A stretch of 64,000 nucleotides of DNA from Octopus vulgaris (Eukaryota): assembly GCA_951406725.2 (NCBI GenBank), contig OX597839.1:11408001-11472000 (forward strand), written 5' to 3'. Position numbers and translations under genes: made by a program. Shown here in pieces: positions 24,620 through 37,510 of this stretch. The notes below the pieces were generated by a model. That model saw only the letters and a list, made by a program, of their open reading frames with translations. It made no database searches and was not told the DNA's origin. Position 1 is the first letter of the stretch. Every line of letters begins with the position of its first letter.

Positions 24620-25017
24620 TATACTGTATATTAAAACTTGTGTTAAACGGGCTGTATATAAGCGGTGTATATTACTGTTGTGTACATACATTGTATATTT
24701 ACGATGTATATCGAGAAAGTCTATGAACGGTGTGTATCAACGATGTTTACACTTGTATATATTATGCGTATAAACGATATAACCGGTGTATATTAATAAT
24801 GTCTGTAAGTGGTATATTTACGAGGTCTGTAAAACGGTGTATAGTAATGACGTGTATAAACGGTGTATATTTATGTGTACAATGAACTGTATGAGTGGTG
24901 TATATTAAGTGTTTAAGCAGCTGTTAATGATGTATATAAGTGGTATATATAAACGACATATATAACCGGTGTAGACTAACAATGTGTATAAACTGTCTAT
25001 TAATAGTTTATGAAACG

Positions 25018-25065
<48 letters not shown>

Positions 25066-25156
25066 CAATGGTGTGTGTATAAACGGCTTGTATCAGCAAT
25101 GTTAATATCATCCTTGACACATTGTTAATATCACTGTTTATATATTGTTAATCAAC

Positions 25157-25206
<50 letters not shown>

Positions 25207-25345
25207 GTGTGTGTGCGTCAACGATATAGCTAACCGGTGCATGTATGCATATATGATATGTATAAATTATGTATATCAACAAACTGTATAAACGGTGTCA
25301 TCTAACGATGTAAGCGATATGTATATTAACAATATGTATAAACGG
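24620..25345. repeat. Degenerate minisatellite built on AAACGGTGTATATTAACGATG-like units
   Basis: Recurring (A)ACGGTGTATA and AACGATGT motifs every ~25-30 bp, interrupted by (TA)n. Confidence 0.6.
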
Positions 25346-27265
25346 CCGTGTAGTTAATTAGCTCGCTCCACAATCATGTTTCCGGGGGTTCGATCCTAGT
25401 GCAAGGTACTTCTTTTTTTTTTTTTTTTGCTGAGGTATCTTTTTCTTTCTACTGTAGCTTCGGGTTAACAAATAAGTTTTGTCGAGTGGAATTTGGTTAG
25501 ATGAAAACTGTACAGAAGTATATCAGAAAGACTGAACCTTTTCGGCACTTTATAATCAACCTTTATCAAACCCTAACCCTAACCCTTCTGTTTTTGTCCC
25601 CTGCTCTTTATATTAAGAAGGCAAATTACAGTTTGTACCCATGAAAATCTTCTTTCTTCTCCATGACGCTGGGCTTCCTTGATTTTATCAAACAAGGCAG
25701 TTTGTCCCGCGCCCTTTTCAATTTTCATAATCCCCGTCCCCAGGAACCTTCCCCATTAATCCCTTGGGAAATATTGCTTCAGATGCCTTCCTCGTGTGAC
25801 GAAGGTCTACGCAAAGGTTCTCAAAGGTTTTAAAGACGTCAGAACGTGATAGGAATGAGATTTTGTTGCTACTTCTAGCAGGTCCTGGTCTAGTTCCAAA
25901 TAGATTTTTATCACATCCTATTATTAGGCTAATACTACATACTGTCTGTGACAGATATGTAGTAAACACACAGTTGTACTCAATGATTAGAGCGTTGGTA
26001 GTGAGAGACTCGGGATCGATCCCCAGCACTGTTCACTTCTACTGTTGCAATTGTTCCTAGATTAAACGTCATGCCTTTTAAATCTGATCCTTTTTGGGAT
26101 CTAATTTGTGATTGAGATGGAATAGATCCCCTTTTTGTCTTTTCAGTCATTGGATTTGCGGCTTTGCTGGAGCACTGCTTTCAATGGTTTAATCGAATTT
26201 ATCGATCCCAGTACCTTTTTGTTTGTTGTACTTATTCTGTCGGTTTCTTTCGCCGAACCGCTAGTTACGGGGGTCACAAACTAGCCAACAACACTGGTTG
26301 TCAAGGGTTGGTGAAGGGACAAACATGCGGTCACACACACTCACGTGCTTATATATATTTGTATACTATGGGCTTCTAAATTCACTCGCAAGACTTTGGT
26401 CAGCCCGGAGCGATAGGGAAATGCAGTGGGACTGAACCCGGAATTCATATGATCGAAAAGCAGAGGTCTTACCACACAGCCACAAACACGCACTCACTCA
26501 CATACTCGTTTTTCCCGCCTCCAACACAAACTTGAACACAATGGTAAAGCGCTGAAAGGGACACAGACATAATTGTGTTCACAATCACACACACGTTCTT
26601 AACAACACGCCGTATCTATTTAACATGTTCACAAACTAAAAAGAAAAAGAAACCTTTATTCCATCTCCATTGTCGCTCGGCCTGCTAGAAATAACAGCCA
26701 AATCTCCCTCGTTGCCAAACCAGCCTCCTGTCTGTAGTCTCCTGTTATACAACTACTGGTTTCTTTAATAGCAATTAATGATGGATCTTGTTAAATTTCT
26801 TCCAACCACTCCAAGTATTTTAAATTTTTTCACCAGATTTTTTTTTCTTCCAAAATTTTCTATAATTACATAACTTTAAAATGCTTGTAACGTCTTAGTT
26901 ATTTATTTCTGAAGTGGGGAAACGAAAAAAAAAAAAGAGTAATGCAATTTTCGACATCAAAACTATAATTTTTTTTGAAAAAATAATCTAGTGAAAAATT
27001 TGAAACACTTTGAAGTGATTAGACGAAATTTATCAAGATCCTCTCTGATGATGTCTGTATTTACTGCTCTCGTTACACCAACACACACACACACACACAG
27101 TCGCGTGTGCGCGTGAGAAAGAAAAAAGTGAGGGTGACGGGGTGTCGATGTAATGTTTTTTTTTCCTCTCTTGTTTCCGTTGTGCGATCTCGCAACCACC
27201 GCTTTTAAAACAATCTGAATGCCGAGATGATGCTGTATTCCTTCGCACCTCATACCGCCATCTCT

Positions 27266-27592
27266 GGTACTACGAGGGAACAGTGGTCCCGTTGCGCGCG
27301 CGCACACGCGTAGTCGCGCATCCGCGCTATAGCCAGTCGTGACTAGTCGATCCTACGACGACTCCCTAGCTAAGTAAATAAAACACAAAATAAATAATTT
27401 TTTTTTTTACACAAAGTGAATAATTTTTGCTAAACAAAGTAAATAAAACACAAAGACACAAAGTAAATTAATTATTTAATCAAAGTAAATAACACAAAAA
27501 TACGAAGTAAGGATCGACTAGTCATGACTAGCTAGAGCGGATGCGCGAGTACGCGCGTGCGCGCACCGGGACCACTGTTCGCTAGTAGTACC
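27266..27592. mobile_element. MITE family F with ~80-bp CpG-rich TIRs and a 9-bp TSD (Mutator- or Merlin-like)
   Basis: Ends GGTACTAC..GAACAGTGGTCCCG and CGGGACCACTGTTC..GTAGTACC; TSD GCCATCTCT at 27257-27265 and 27593-27601; A-rich interior with AAGTAAATAA repeats. Confidence 0.85.
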
Positions 27593-27902
27593 GCCATCTC
27601 TCATAATACACACACACACACACACACACAAGTTACTGCTACTGCCGTCTCCCCCTCCCCCCACGTTGACACCTTCGAGTCACCTGACCGTATATATATC
27701 GAGAAAGGTAGGGAACCGACAAGGCTTCCTCAGTTGTCTCCCCTGTTTCTTTCCCCTTTTACTCAACCGGTGTAATTTCCACGACATTTCTCCTTCCCCT
27801 ATCTCTCTCTCTCTTTTCCGTCACTCTCTCTCTCTCTCTCTCTTTCACTCTCTCGCTCTAGTGACAATCTCGTGTAGAATGAACAAAAGTTATACTCTTT
27901 CT

Positions 27903-28316
27903 ACTCTCTCTTTTACTTGTTTCAGTCATTTGACTGTGGCCATGCTGGAGCACCGCCTTTAGTCGATCAAATTCGACCCCAGAACTTATTCTTTGTAAGC
28001 CTTGTACTTATTTTATCGGTCTCTTTTTTGCCGAGCCGCTAAGTTACGGGGACGTAAACATACCAGCATCGGTTGTCAAGCGATGTTTGGGGGACAAACA
28101 CAGACACACAAACACGCACATACATATATATATATATATATATACATATATACGACGGGCTTCTTTCAGTTTCCATCTACCAAATCCACTCACAAAGCTT
28201 TGGTAGGCCCAAGGCTATAGTAGAAGACACTTACCCAAGGTGCCACGCAATGGGACTGAACCCGGAACCATGTGGTTGGTAAGCAAGCTACTTACCACAC
28301 AGCCACTCCTACGCCT
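27903..28316 (-). mobile_element. Full-length SINE family A copy
   Basis: Reverse complement of the family A unit. Confidence 0.85.
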
Positions 28317-28909
28317 ATCTTTTTTTGGTGGGGGGGGGTAATCCTTCGGTTTTGGTACACGGTGTCATTCACCAAAACAACTTTCCCTCATGGCATAAAT
28401 AAAATGAGACTCGGTTGAAAAAGAGGGTGAATGACGACGTCTCCTCATACCGACATTCTGGAGATCATTTCCGAAGGATCAATTATTTTGTAAAGCCTGT
28501 TACTTATACTAAACCGCTGTTACGGAGATGTAAACAAACCAACCCTGGTTGTTAAACGGTGGGACAAATACTAAAATACAGGTTTATGTATACGACAAGC
28601 CTCTTTCAGTTTCCCTCTTCTAAATCCATTCACAGCCCTTTGCTGTGTGAGGCAGGCTTCTGTACAGTTTCCATCTATGAAATCCACCCATGAAACATTG
28701 GTTAGTCTGAGGCTACAGTAGCAGACACTTGGCTAAGATGGCAAGCAATGGGATAGAACCCCAAGCCACTTGGTTATCAAGTGAACTCTGTATCCATTCA
28801 GTCATGCTGTATTTTGTGGCTGTATACATACATACACACATAGAGGCGCGCATATATGCAATTGACTACCTTACTATTTTTCTAGCTGTATAACTATATA
28901 TCTAACCAT

Positions 28910-29100
28910 CTATTTCTTTATTACCCACAAGGGGTTAAACATAGAGGGGACAAACAAGGACAGACATAGGTATTAAGTCGATTACATCGACCCCAGTGCG
29001 TAACTGGTACTTAATTTATCGACCCCGAAAGGATGAAAGGCAAAGTCGAGCTTGGCGGAATTTGAACTCACCGCTAAGCATTTCGCCTGGGTGCTAACCA
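28910..29100 (-). mobile_element. SINE family B copy
   Basis: Matches the family B unit. Confidence 0.8.
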
Positions 29101-30100
29101 TCTGTCTTTCTATCTATCTATACATCCCTTTTTACACCACACAATAACCGAATAGTCCCCCCACCCCCCAGCTATTCAGTTTCTCACTCTTGAAGGAATC
29201 TCAGTACAACAAGGTATATATCTATTTGCATGGGAGGAGTGGCTGCTCCCCTTGACTGATAGCAATGACAACCACAACAGTAACAACATCAATAAATCAC
29301 TATTATATCTTATCTTCAAAATAGTTTAGCTCTCACCCTAGTTTTTGATATGCTGTGTGTGTGAAAGAGAGAGAGGGGTTAGTCTGTTCAAGTGATGATA
29401 ATAAGGTTACTTACTGTACAGTAATGATAGGGTTTGATAAATGGGTAATGTTTTTAAAATTTGCTGCTGTTCCACTATGTTGTATACAACAGTGCTATTT
29501 GTTAGCTCTATAGTCACATCAGCTGTGCTGCATGCAAACCCAGCTGGTTGCTATGAAGTTAGTTTAACCCTAACCTTATATAATGTAGTAATGTAGATTC
29601 ACCGTAATACACACAACCATATTGTTTGTTTGTTATTCATAGTCAAATTAGCTGTTTTGTTGACCCAGCTGGCTGCTTTGATCTTAAACCTACCCTAATT
29701 ATATAGCATTATGTAATGTTGTAAGGGTGCACAATATGTTGCTATCTTACCCTGGTATATACCACTCTACTGTTTGTAAGCTGCTGATGTAAGTATATTA
29801 ACTTCTCTGCAGACCTGGTCGACTAGGGTCTTAGTGAAACCATAGCCCTTATCCCTTAACTCTTACTTTGTATAATATAAGTAAGAGTAACTAAGTAAAA
29901 TCCCTACCTGGCAACCCGAGGGGTGGAGGCTGTCCTCTCTACCAATTCACTGCTGAGGGTGCCACTGGATGACAGACTTTAGCAATGATGTTATTCCATG
30001 CTTTCCAATCCATGTAGTAAGTTGTTGTTGTTTAGATTGGGTCAACCCTGATTGAGCAGATTTATGGTCAAAAGCATTCCAATCGTGACCATCTCCTTAA

Positions 30101-30726
30101 CCCTTTTGATATCACCCTGCCTGAGACCGCTGTTGATTCTGTGACTCAAGCCTTCTGTTTTCAAGCGATCTAAATTAAAATCTATCAAAATTTTCATGTT
30201 AATTTCTATACCAAAACACCAACATAATGACAAAGGATCTTTTCGGTTTGAACGGCAGTTTTTTCTAGCGGTGTCATATGAAATTGTCACCCATAATTAT
30301 GACCCTAGTATCGATCTATTGCATTTCAATCTGTTTTAGGGTTAGGGGTGGGAGGAACGGTATCTTTTTTTTCTTCAGAAATGTAAATAAACCCAATCTG
30401 TTTCTTAAACGAGGGACATATTCATACGGCACAGAATGTTTTCACCTCAATAGACGTCATTGATTTGTTGAAATTGCAGAAATTGAAGAAAAAAAACAAC
30501 AAATACCTTACAAACTATAGAATTTTCTCAATAAAGCCAAGAGAAAAAGATGTTTTATAAACACACTGTACCAGTATACGAAGTTTAAAAGTGTTTAGTT
30601 ACCTAGAAATTAAGTTAAAAACTGCCGTTCAAACCGAAAAGATCCATAACAAAAGTTACTTTACTAAATTCCTCAATATTTTCTGAAGCAAAGGAAATGT
30701 ATTCCAAGAATATGATAACAAAAGGG
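30101..30726. mobile_element. piggyBac-like MITE (family E-related) interrupted by a family D insertion
   Basis: TTAA-CCCTTTTGATATC...GATAACAAAAGGG-TCAA. Confidence 0.65.
30235..30645 (+). mobile_element. MITE family D, full length, nested
   Basis: 29-bp TIRs; 8-bp TSD ATGACAAA/ATAACAAA (7/8 identical). Confidence 0.9.
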
Positions 30727-31436
30727 TCAAAAGAGTATCTTCGACTACCAGATGCCATGTATATATATATATGTATATATATATATATACTTGCCCATTA
30801 TTCATTTTATCATAAAATAAAAAGTTTTAGGTTTTGGTTGATAAAAGTTTATAGGTTGATTGTTATATTTATTGACAGTATTTTACATATATTTACAATT
30901 CAAAATGGCCTTTGCTTTTACAGCAGTCTTTGATCTTTTCTCAACTTAAGTGCATGACTTGAGTGTAAATAATGGGTAAATGTATATGCCATACCCAGGA
31001 CATTATGCAATGTGTTGCTTCTCAGTTTTATTGCCTTACACTGCATTGGAAATCAAACTAAAACATTATTTGTGTACTTCACATGCAAAGTTAAAAATTA
31101 TCGGGGCACTTTGCATAGGGAATTTAAAAAAAAAATACTGCTTTATTGATTAAAATTAAGCTAACGTATTGAGAGAGAAAGAGAGAGAGGCTGTGTGGTC
31201 CAGAAGCTTCTTTCCCGACCACATCACTTCTGGTTCAGTCACACTGTGTAGTATCTTCTACTATAGCCCTGGGCTGACCAGGGAGCCCACCATATACATA
31301 TATATAATCATCATCATCATCATCTGTTTTCCATGCTGGCATAGGTTGGATGGTTTGATCAGAGCTGGCAAGCCAGAGAGCTGCACCAAGATCCAATCTG
31401 ATTTGGCTTCATTTCTATGGCTGAATGCCCTTCCTA

Positions 31437-31480
<44 letters not shown>

Positions 31481-31484
31481 TATA

Positions 31485-31811
31485 GGAGCACTCCGTCGGT
31501 TTCGATGACGAGGGTCCCAGCTGATAGAATCAACGGAACAGCCTGCTCGTGAAATTAACGTGCAAGTGGCTGAGCACTCCACGGACATGTGTACCCCAAC
31601 GTAGTTCTCAGGGAGATTCAGTGTGACACAAAGTGTGACAAAGCTGGCCCTTTGAAATACAAGTAGTACAACTCATTTTTGCCAGCTGAGTGGACTGGAG
31701 CAACATGAAATAAAGTGTCTTGCTCAAGGACACAACACGCTACCAGGAATTGAACTCACGACTTTACAATCGTGAGCCGAATGCCCCTAACCACTAAGCC
31801 ATGCGCCTTCA
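31485..31811 (-). mobile_element. tRNA-headed CORE-like SINE family M
   Basis: The minus strand starts GTGAAGGCGCATGGCTTAGTGGTTAG and has GAGTTCAATTCC and CCTTGAGCAAGACACT; related copies at about 37855, 39140 and 49189. Confidence 0.75.
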
Positions 31812-31815
31812 CACT

Positions 31816-31874
<59 letters not shown>

Positions 31875-32231
31875 CTATATGTTTGTCCCCACCACCACTT
31901 GACCTCATATTGGTTTGTTTATGTCCCTGTGACTTAGCATCTCTGTAGAGAGACTGATAGAGTAAGTACCAGACTTCGAAAAAAAGAAAGGTACTGGGGT
32001 CAATTTCGTCAAAAAAAAGGAATCTGAAGTCAACTTAGATGCAGTGCCCCAGTATGGTCAACTCCTGTGACTGAAACAAGTAAAAGATGACATGTCTTGT
32101 TTTTGTTTTAAAATAGTAGAACATTATTTGAAGATTTGGCTGCTATTTCAGGTTAGTTGTGTAGCCACATAGAGAAATCCCCTGTTTTGGAGGTTTTGTT
32201 GTTTAACCCTAGAGCAACTCTGATGTTGTAG

Positions 32232-32577
32232 TTGTATACCCAACAGTATTCCATCCATGACCATCTCCTCTGTATTGCTTAAGTTTGTTGGATGAACTAC
32301 ATTGTCTCCTGTAACCTTCGTCTTGGGGATCTCAGGGAAATATATCCATCTATCTGGCTACTATGTCTAGCATATTGAGCGACCATGTTGAAGCTCCACT
32401 TTGCTTGTATACCCAACAGTATTCCATCCATGACCATCTCCTCTGTATTGCTTAAGTTAGTTGGATGAACTACATTATCTCCTGTAACCTTCATCTCAAG
32501 GATCTCAGGGAAATATATCCATCCATCTGGCTACTATGTCTAGCATATTGAGCGACCACGTTGAAGCTCCACTTTGC
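32232..32577 (+). repeat. 173-bp tandem duplication
   Basis: Near-identical units start at 32232 and 32405. Confidence 0.9.
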
Positions 32578-32687
32578 CGGGTTCATCAACAGCAGCTGAC
32601 CTAAACTCTCTTCACATTTTCCCCTCTTTTGCTTTGCTAATTCTAGACAGATAAGATTTATCTGTTTGTGTATGAGGAGGCGGAGGA

Positions 32688-32735
<48 letters not shown>

Positions 32736-32893
32736 GGCTGGGTAGTGGATGGAACCAGTGTGTATGAGAAGCCAGGAGTTTGCCAACATTTCTGCGGAGC
32801 TGTCTTGATATTCATGTTCTGCTACTCTCATCATCAGCTTGTGATTTACTAACACATTTCTTCCCGTTCACCTTGTTCAACCCCCGTTCTTTG

Positions 32894-32955
<62 letters not shown>

Positions 32956-33139
32956 TTCATGTGTGTGTGTGTTATTATCGTTGTCGTTGTTGTTCAGCAA
33001 ACTGAAGAAATGTTCTGATCTATTCAATACTTAACCTTTTGTTATGACCGTTGTTTGTTCGGTCGGTATGTGCGTATTTGTATGTTTTTGTACGTATGTG
33101 AAATAAATAATTCTTTTTCTCTTTTTTTTTAAATGTCAT

Positions 33140-33211
33140 CTTTTTATTATGTATGCGTGTGTGTGTGTGTGAATATATATGTGCATATATCTATGTGTGT
33201 GTGTATGCATA

Positions 33212-33252
<41 letters not shown>

Positions 33253-33261
33253 ATGTGTGTG

Positions 33262-33301
<40 letters not shown>

Positions 33302-33512
33302 ACATGTGTGTGTATGTATATATGTATATATATATATACACACATACATGTATGTGTATGTATATATATATATACATGTGTATATTTAAAGGCTAAAAAA
33401 CCACTATGTGGTCAGCCATATGCTAGAAGTAGATCACCTATGATCAAACTACAAAGAAAAGAGAAAAATTTAATTTATCAATATTCAATTTATCTCCCTC
33501 TTTACTTAAATG

Positions 33513-33557
<45 letters not shown>

Positions 33558-33620
33558 TGTGTGCATATGTCTATATACAGGCACACATATATTTATATAC
33601 GTGTGTGTGTGTGTGTCTGC
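33140..33620. repeat. (TA)n/(TG)n microsatellite-rich region
   Basis: Directly visible. Confidence 0.9.
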
Positions 33621-33642
33621 GCATGTATGGCTGTTTTATTAA

Positions 33643-33847
33643 CCCTTTAACACTCAGATTACTCTGTCAAACGTATTGCCTTTTTATTCATTGTTTTGAA
33701 TTAATCCTGTATTATCCTGTCTGTAGCTTTGAGATTTCAATGTGACCATAGAGTTTTCGAATGATAGTGAAGGATCAGTGTGAGAGGTGGGATCTGGCTA
33801 GTTTGCGCGTATTTGGGTTGGATATGGCCAGTTTAAACGCTAAAGGT
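33643..33847. mobile_element. TTAA-flanked piggyBac-like MITE family G
   Basis: TTAA-CCCTTTA...TAAAGGT-TTAA; related sequence at about 6170-6393 and 59590-59740 in reverse orientation. Confidence 0.6.
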
Positions 33848-33867
33848 TTAAAACAAGTTTAAACTCA

Positions 33868-34255
33868 TCTCTTTACTTGTTTCAGTCATTTTGACTGCGG
33901 CCATGCTGCAGCATGGCCTTTAATCGAGCAACTCGACCCCGGGACTTATTCTTTGTAAGCCCAGTACTTATTCTATCGGTCCCTTTTGCCGAACCGCTAA
34001 GTGACGGGGACATAAACACACCAGCATCGGTTGTCAAGCAATGCTAGGGGGACAAACACAGACACAAACACACACACACACATATACATATATACGACGG
34101 GCTTCTTTCAGTTTCCGTCTACCAAATCCACTCACAAGGCTTTGGTCGGCCCGAGGCTTTAGTAGAAGACACTTGCCCAAGGTGCCATGCAGTGGGACTG
34201 AACCTGGAACCATGTGGTTGGTAAACAAGCTACTTACCACACAGCCACTCCTGCG
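33868..34255 (-). mobile_element. Full-length SINE family A copy
   Basis: Reverse complement of the family A unit. Confidence 0.85.
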
Positions 34256-34652
34256 CGTCATCGTTAATATTTTGAGTATTTTAGTTAAATTGGCCTTGCC
34301 ATATTCCCTGAACTGACAACAGGATGCGTGTATGTGTGTGTACCTTACAAGCACATGGTTCTGAGTTTTGTACCACTGCATGGCACCTTAGGCAAGTGTC
34401 TTCTGCTAAACCTCCCATCCATCCAAAGCCTTGGGAGTGGATTTGGTGGAGGGAAAACTGAAAGAATCCCATCATATGTATATCTGTGTTACTGTGTCTT
34501 TACCTCAACATCACATGATAGTTGCAAAGAAATATACAAATATCCCTACCATTCAAGCAGTGTCCTTTGTTCCCAATCTTCCACGGAAAACATCTGGTCA
34601 TGATGGTTATGAGGAAAAAATTACTTTACTTGGAAACAAAGCGAGGGTTGGT

Positions 34653-35051
34653 GATAGAACCTGTCTACGCCACATCCTTCGTGTCCGATGGCATCACTTT
34701 GTCTCCAACAATTCAGTGCGACACCAGTGCAAAATCACCTCCCTCCGACAAGTCATCCTAACAAGACGTCTGCGTTGGCTGGGTCATGCCCTCCGTCGTC
34801 AACCAGGTGAATTCATCTACGAAGCAATTGTCCCAGCTCCCCTTCAGGGTTGGCGAAAGCGATGTGGTGGACAACGAAAAACCTAGCTGATGACAGTCAA
34901 GGCTTTTCTGGAACCCAGCCCTGGCCCCCATATCTATGGCGTTCGCCGATGGAATAAGTAGTGGTTGGAGATCACGCGGTCGTTGGCCTCAAATCGCCAG
35001 GCCTGATCGGCATTTGTGAGAGATGCAGCATTGAGGATGAATGAAGCCAGC
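34653..35051 (+). mobile_element. 3' fragment of an RTE-clade LINE reverse-transcriptase ORF (C-terminal region, with stops)
   Basis: CLRHILRVRWHHFVSNNSVR...RRLRWLGHALRR...GWRKRCGGQRKT*...LASNRQA*; the CLRxILxxxW / RRLRWLGH / R.RGGQRKTW motifs are typical of RTE elements. Confidence 0.85.
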
Positions 35052-35275
35052 TCTGTGTTTAGCCCCTTGTGGGTAGTAAAGAAATAGGTATTTCGTCTGC
35101 CGCTACATTCTGAGTTCAAATTCCGCCAAGGTCGACTTTGTCTTTCATCATTTCGGGGTCGATAAATTAAGCACCATTTATGCACTGGGGTCGATGTAAT
35201 CGACTTAATCCGTTTGTCTGTCCTTGTTTGTCCCCTCTGTGTTTAGCCCCTTGTGGGTAGTAAAGAAATAGGTAT
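35052..35275 (+). mobile_element. SINE family B copy preceded by an extra tail fragment
   Basis: Matches the family B unit. Confidence 0.8.
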
Positions 35276-35576
35276 TGAACTCGCCACCTTATGAATGTAA
35301 GCTGAATACGCTAACCACGAAATAATTTGAATGTGAAAGAGTTAAATATGTCAGATGAAAGTGTTTCAAGAACTTTTTCATGATGCAGGCCACTGCTCTC
35401 CTCACCCTCCCTCTCATTGTGCCACAGAAGTGTTTCAAAATTTGGCACAAGGCCAGCAGTTACAGGGGTGGGAGGGTTAGTGTAAGCGATTACTTGACAG
35501 GTTCTTTCCTTATTTCATCAGCCCTGAGAGGATGAAAAGTAGACTCCAGTGGAATTTGAACTCAAAATGTAAATCA

Positions 35577-35741
35577 GGCGCAGGAGTGGCTGTGTGGTAA
35601 GTAGCTTGCTAACCAACCACATGTTTCCGGGTTCAGTCCCACTGCGTGGCATCTTGGGCAAGTGTCTTCTGCTATAGCCCTGGGCCGACCAAAGCCTTGT
35701 GAGTGGATTTGTTAGACGGAAACTGAAAGAAGCCTGTCGTA

Positions 35742-35782
<41 letters not shown>

Positions 35783-35962
35783 GAAAAAAGCAACAAGAAT
35801 GGATTAAAATCTCTTTTTTCCCATTCTTTTTGCTTTTTTCCCATTTGTAATCACCCCACTTGTCGTATGGTTAACACCATATAGATTTCCGGTGCATCCT
35901 AGTTAAGGACCATATTCATGTGAATCCATTAGAATTCACTTGAATCTCAATTACTTAACCGA

Positions 35963-35997
<35 letters not shown>

Positions 35998-36072
35998 TCC
36001 CGGGGTCGATTTGCTCGACTAAAGGCGGTGCTCCAGCATGGCCGCAGTCAAATGACTGAAACAAGTAAAAGA
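35577..36072 (+). mobile_element. SINE family A split at its (TA)n linker by a HH1-related fragment (35782-35965)
   Basis: 5' half at 35577-35740 and 3' end at 35995-36072. Confidence 0.75.
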
Positions 36073-37062
36073 GCTAGAAGAAATGCTACTAAGCATTTTT
36101 TTCTTTTTCCGCACGTAAAAAATGCACTTGTGCCAGTGCCATGTGCCACGAACATGCACCCATACCAGTTGAAAATAGAAAGCACTTAGCACCCTCCATA
36201 AAGTGGTTGGTGTCAGGAAGAGCATCCAGCCGTTGAAACCATGACAACACAGTCAAATGGAGCCCTGGCAACTCTCCAGCTGGCCACCCCCTGTCAAACT
36301 GTCCAACCCATGCCAGCATGGCAAATTGATGTCAAACCATGAAGATGATGCTGTTGGTTCTACCGGCTCCACCTCCTTGATTGTGCTGTATAATAATAAA
36401 AGAAGCTCCATGTTTCTTTACTCTGACATGGAGGCCATCATCTCCTATTTGTGTAACATGGAAGGCTTGTTGTTTTCTCTCCTCTTGCGCTCTCTCTTTC
36501 CGCTATCAGACTCCACCATCACCCGCACCTAATGATGAGTGGCAGTGTCACAATAACCATCCATATATTTTTGACAGTATGTTGTTTCCTGATGTGACAC
36601 TAGCCATGTAATTTCAAGATCAACCCACCCTGTCTCTCCCTCTCTCTCTCTCACACACTGTGCCACACTATATATAAAAATCAATTACAACAGTTGCTCC
36701 ACTGCTCTTCCTCCTGTCTCTAAGATTACAATTGATTTTTTTTTTTTTTTTTTTTTTGGTTCTTTCTTTCTTTCAGCTGTTCTACTACTACTGCTGCTAC
36801 TGTTGTGTTCTGATCTATTTTCAACATTGGCTTACTTCAGCTTTTACTTAGCTGATTTAGCACAGCTTGGTGCATTGTAAGAGGGTGGCCGCCGATGTCA
36901 TGCAGATGGGCTGGGGGGTTTCCTTCCTCCTCTACCCCCTGTCTCTGTCGCCCTCTCTATTTCACTCACTCTCTCAGTAATGTGTACTGACTAAGTAGTT
37001 TCTGTCACACCTAGGTACACATGCACAGGTATACGTATACATATTGATAATATATATATATA

Positions 37063-37279
37063 CTCTTTTACTATTTTACTTGTTTCAGTCATTTGACTGC
37101 CGCCATGCTGGAGCACCGCATTTTAGTCGAGCAAATCAACCCCAGGACTTGTTCTTTGTAAACCTAGTACTTATTCTATCGGGCTCCTTTTACCGAACCG
37201 CTAAGTTACGGGGACGTAAACACACCAGCATCGGTTGTCAAGCGATGTTGGGGGGACAAACACAGACACACAAACATAT

Positions 37280-37342
<63 letters not shown>

Positions 37343-37510
37343 TATACGATGGGCTTCTTTCAGTTTCCGTCTACCAAATCCACTCACAAGGCTTTGGTCG
37401 GGCCGAAGCTATAGTAGAAGACACTTGCCCAAGATGCCACACAGTGGGACTGAACCCGGAACCATGTGGCTCGTAAGCAAGCAACTTACCACACAGCTAC
37501 TCCTACGCCT
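37063..37510 (-). mobile_element. Full-length SINE family A copy
   Basis: Reverse complement of the family A unit. Confidence 0.85.

Noticed and set aside
25568-25586. CCCTAACCCTAACCC telomeric repeat
   Set aside because: Only about 2.5 units, interstitial; similar motifs occur inside dispersed repeats.
25718-26029. 103-aa ORF with ordinary amino-acid composition
   Set aside because: Non-ATG start within a tRNA-like remnant, no recognisable domain and no splice context.
34041-34316. Recurrent peptide ...ASFSFRLPNPLTRLWSARGYSRRHLPK... seen in many ORFs
   Set aside because: It is the antisense translation of SINE family A, not a gene family.
36777-36876. Possible + strand exon after a strong polypyrimidine tract (TTTCAG...GTAAGA)
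   Set aside because: The only open frame is low-complexity (VLLLLLLLLCSD...), the tract is a poly-T run, and there is no homology evidence.
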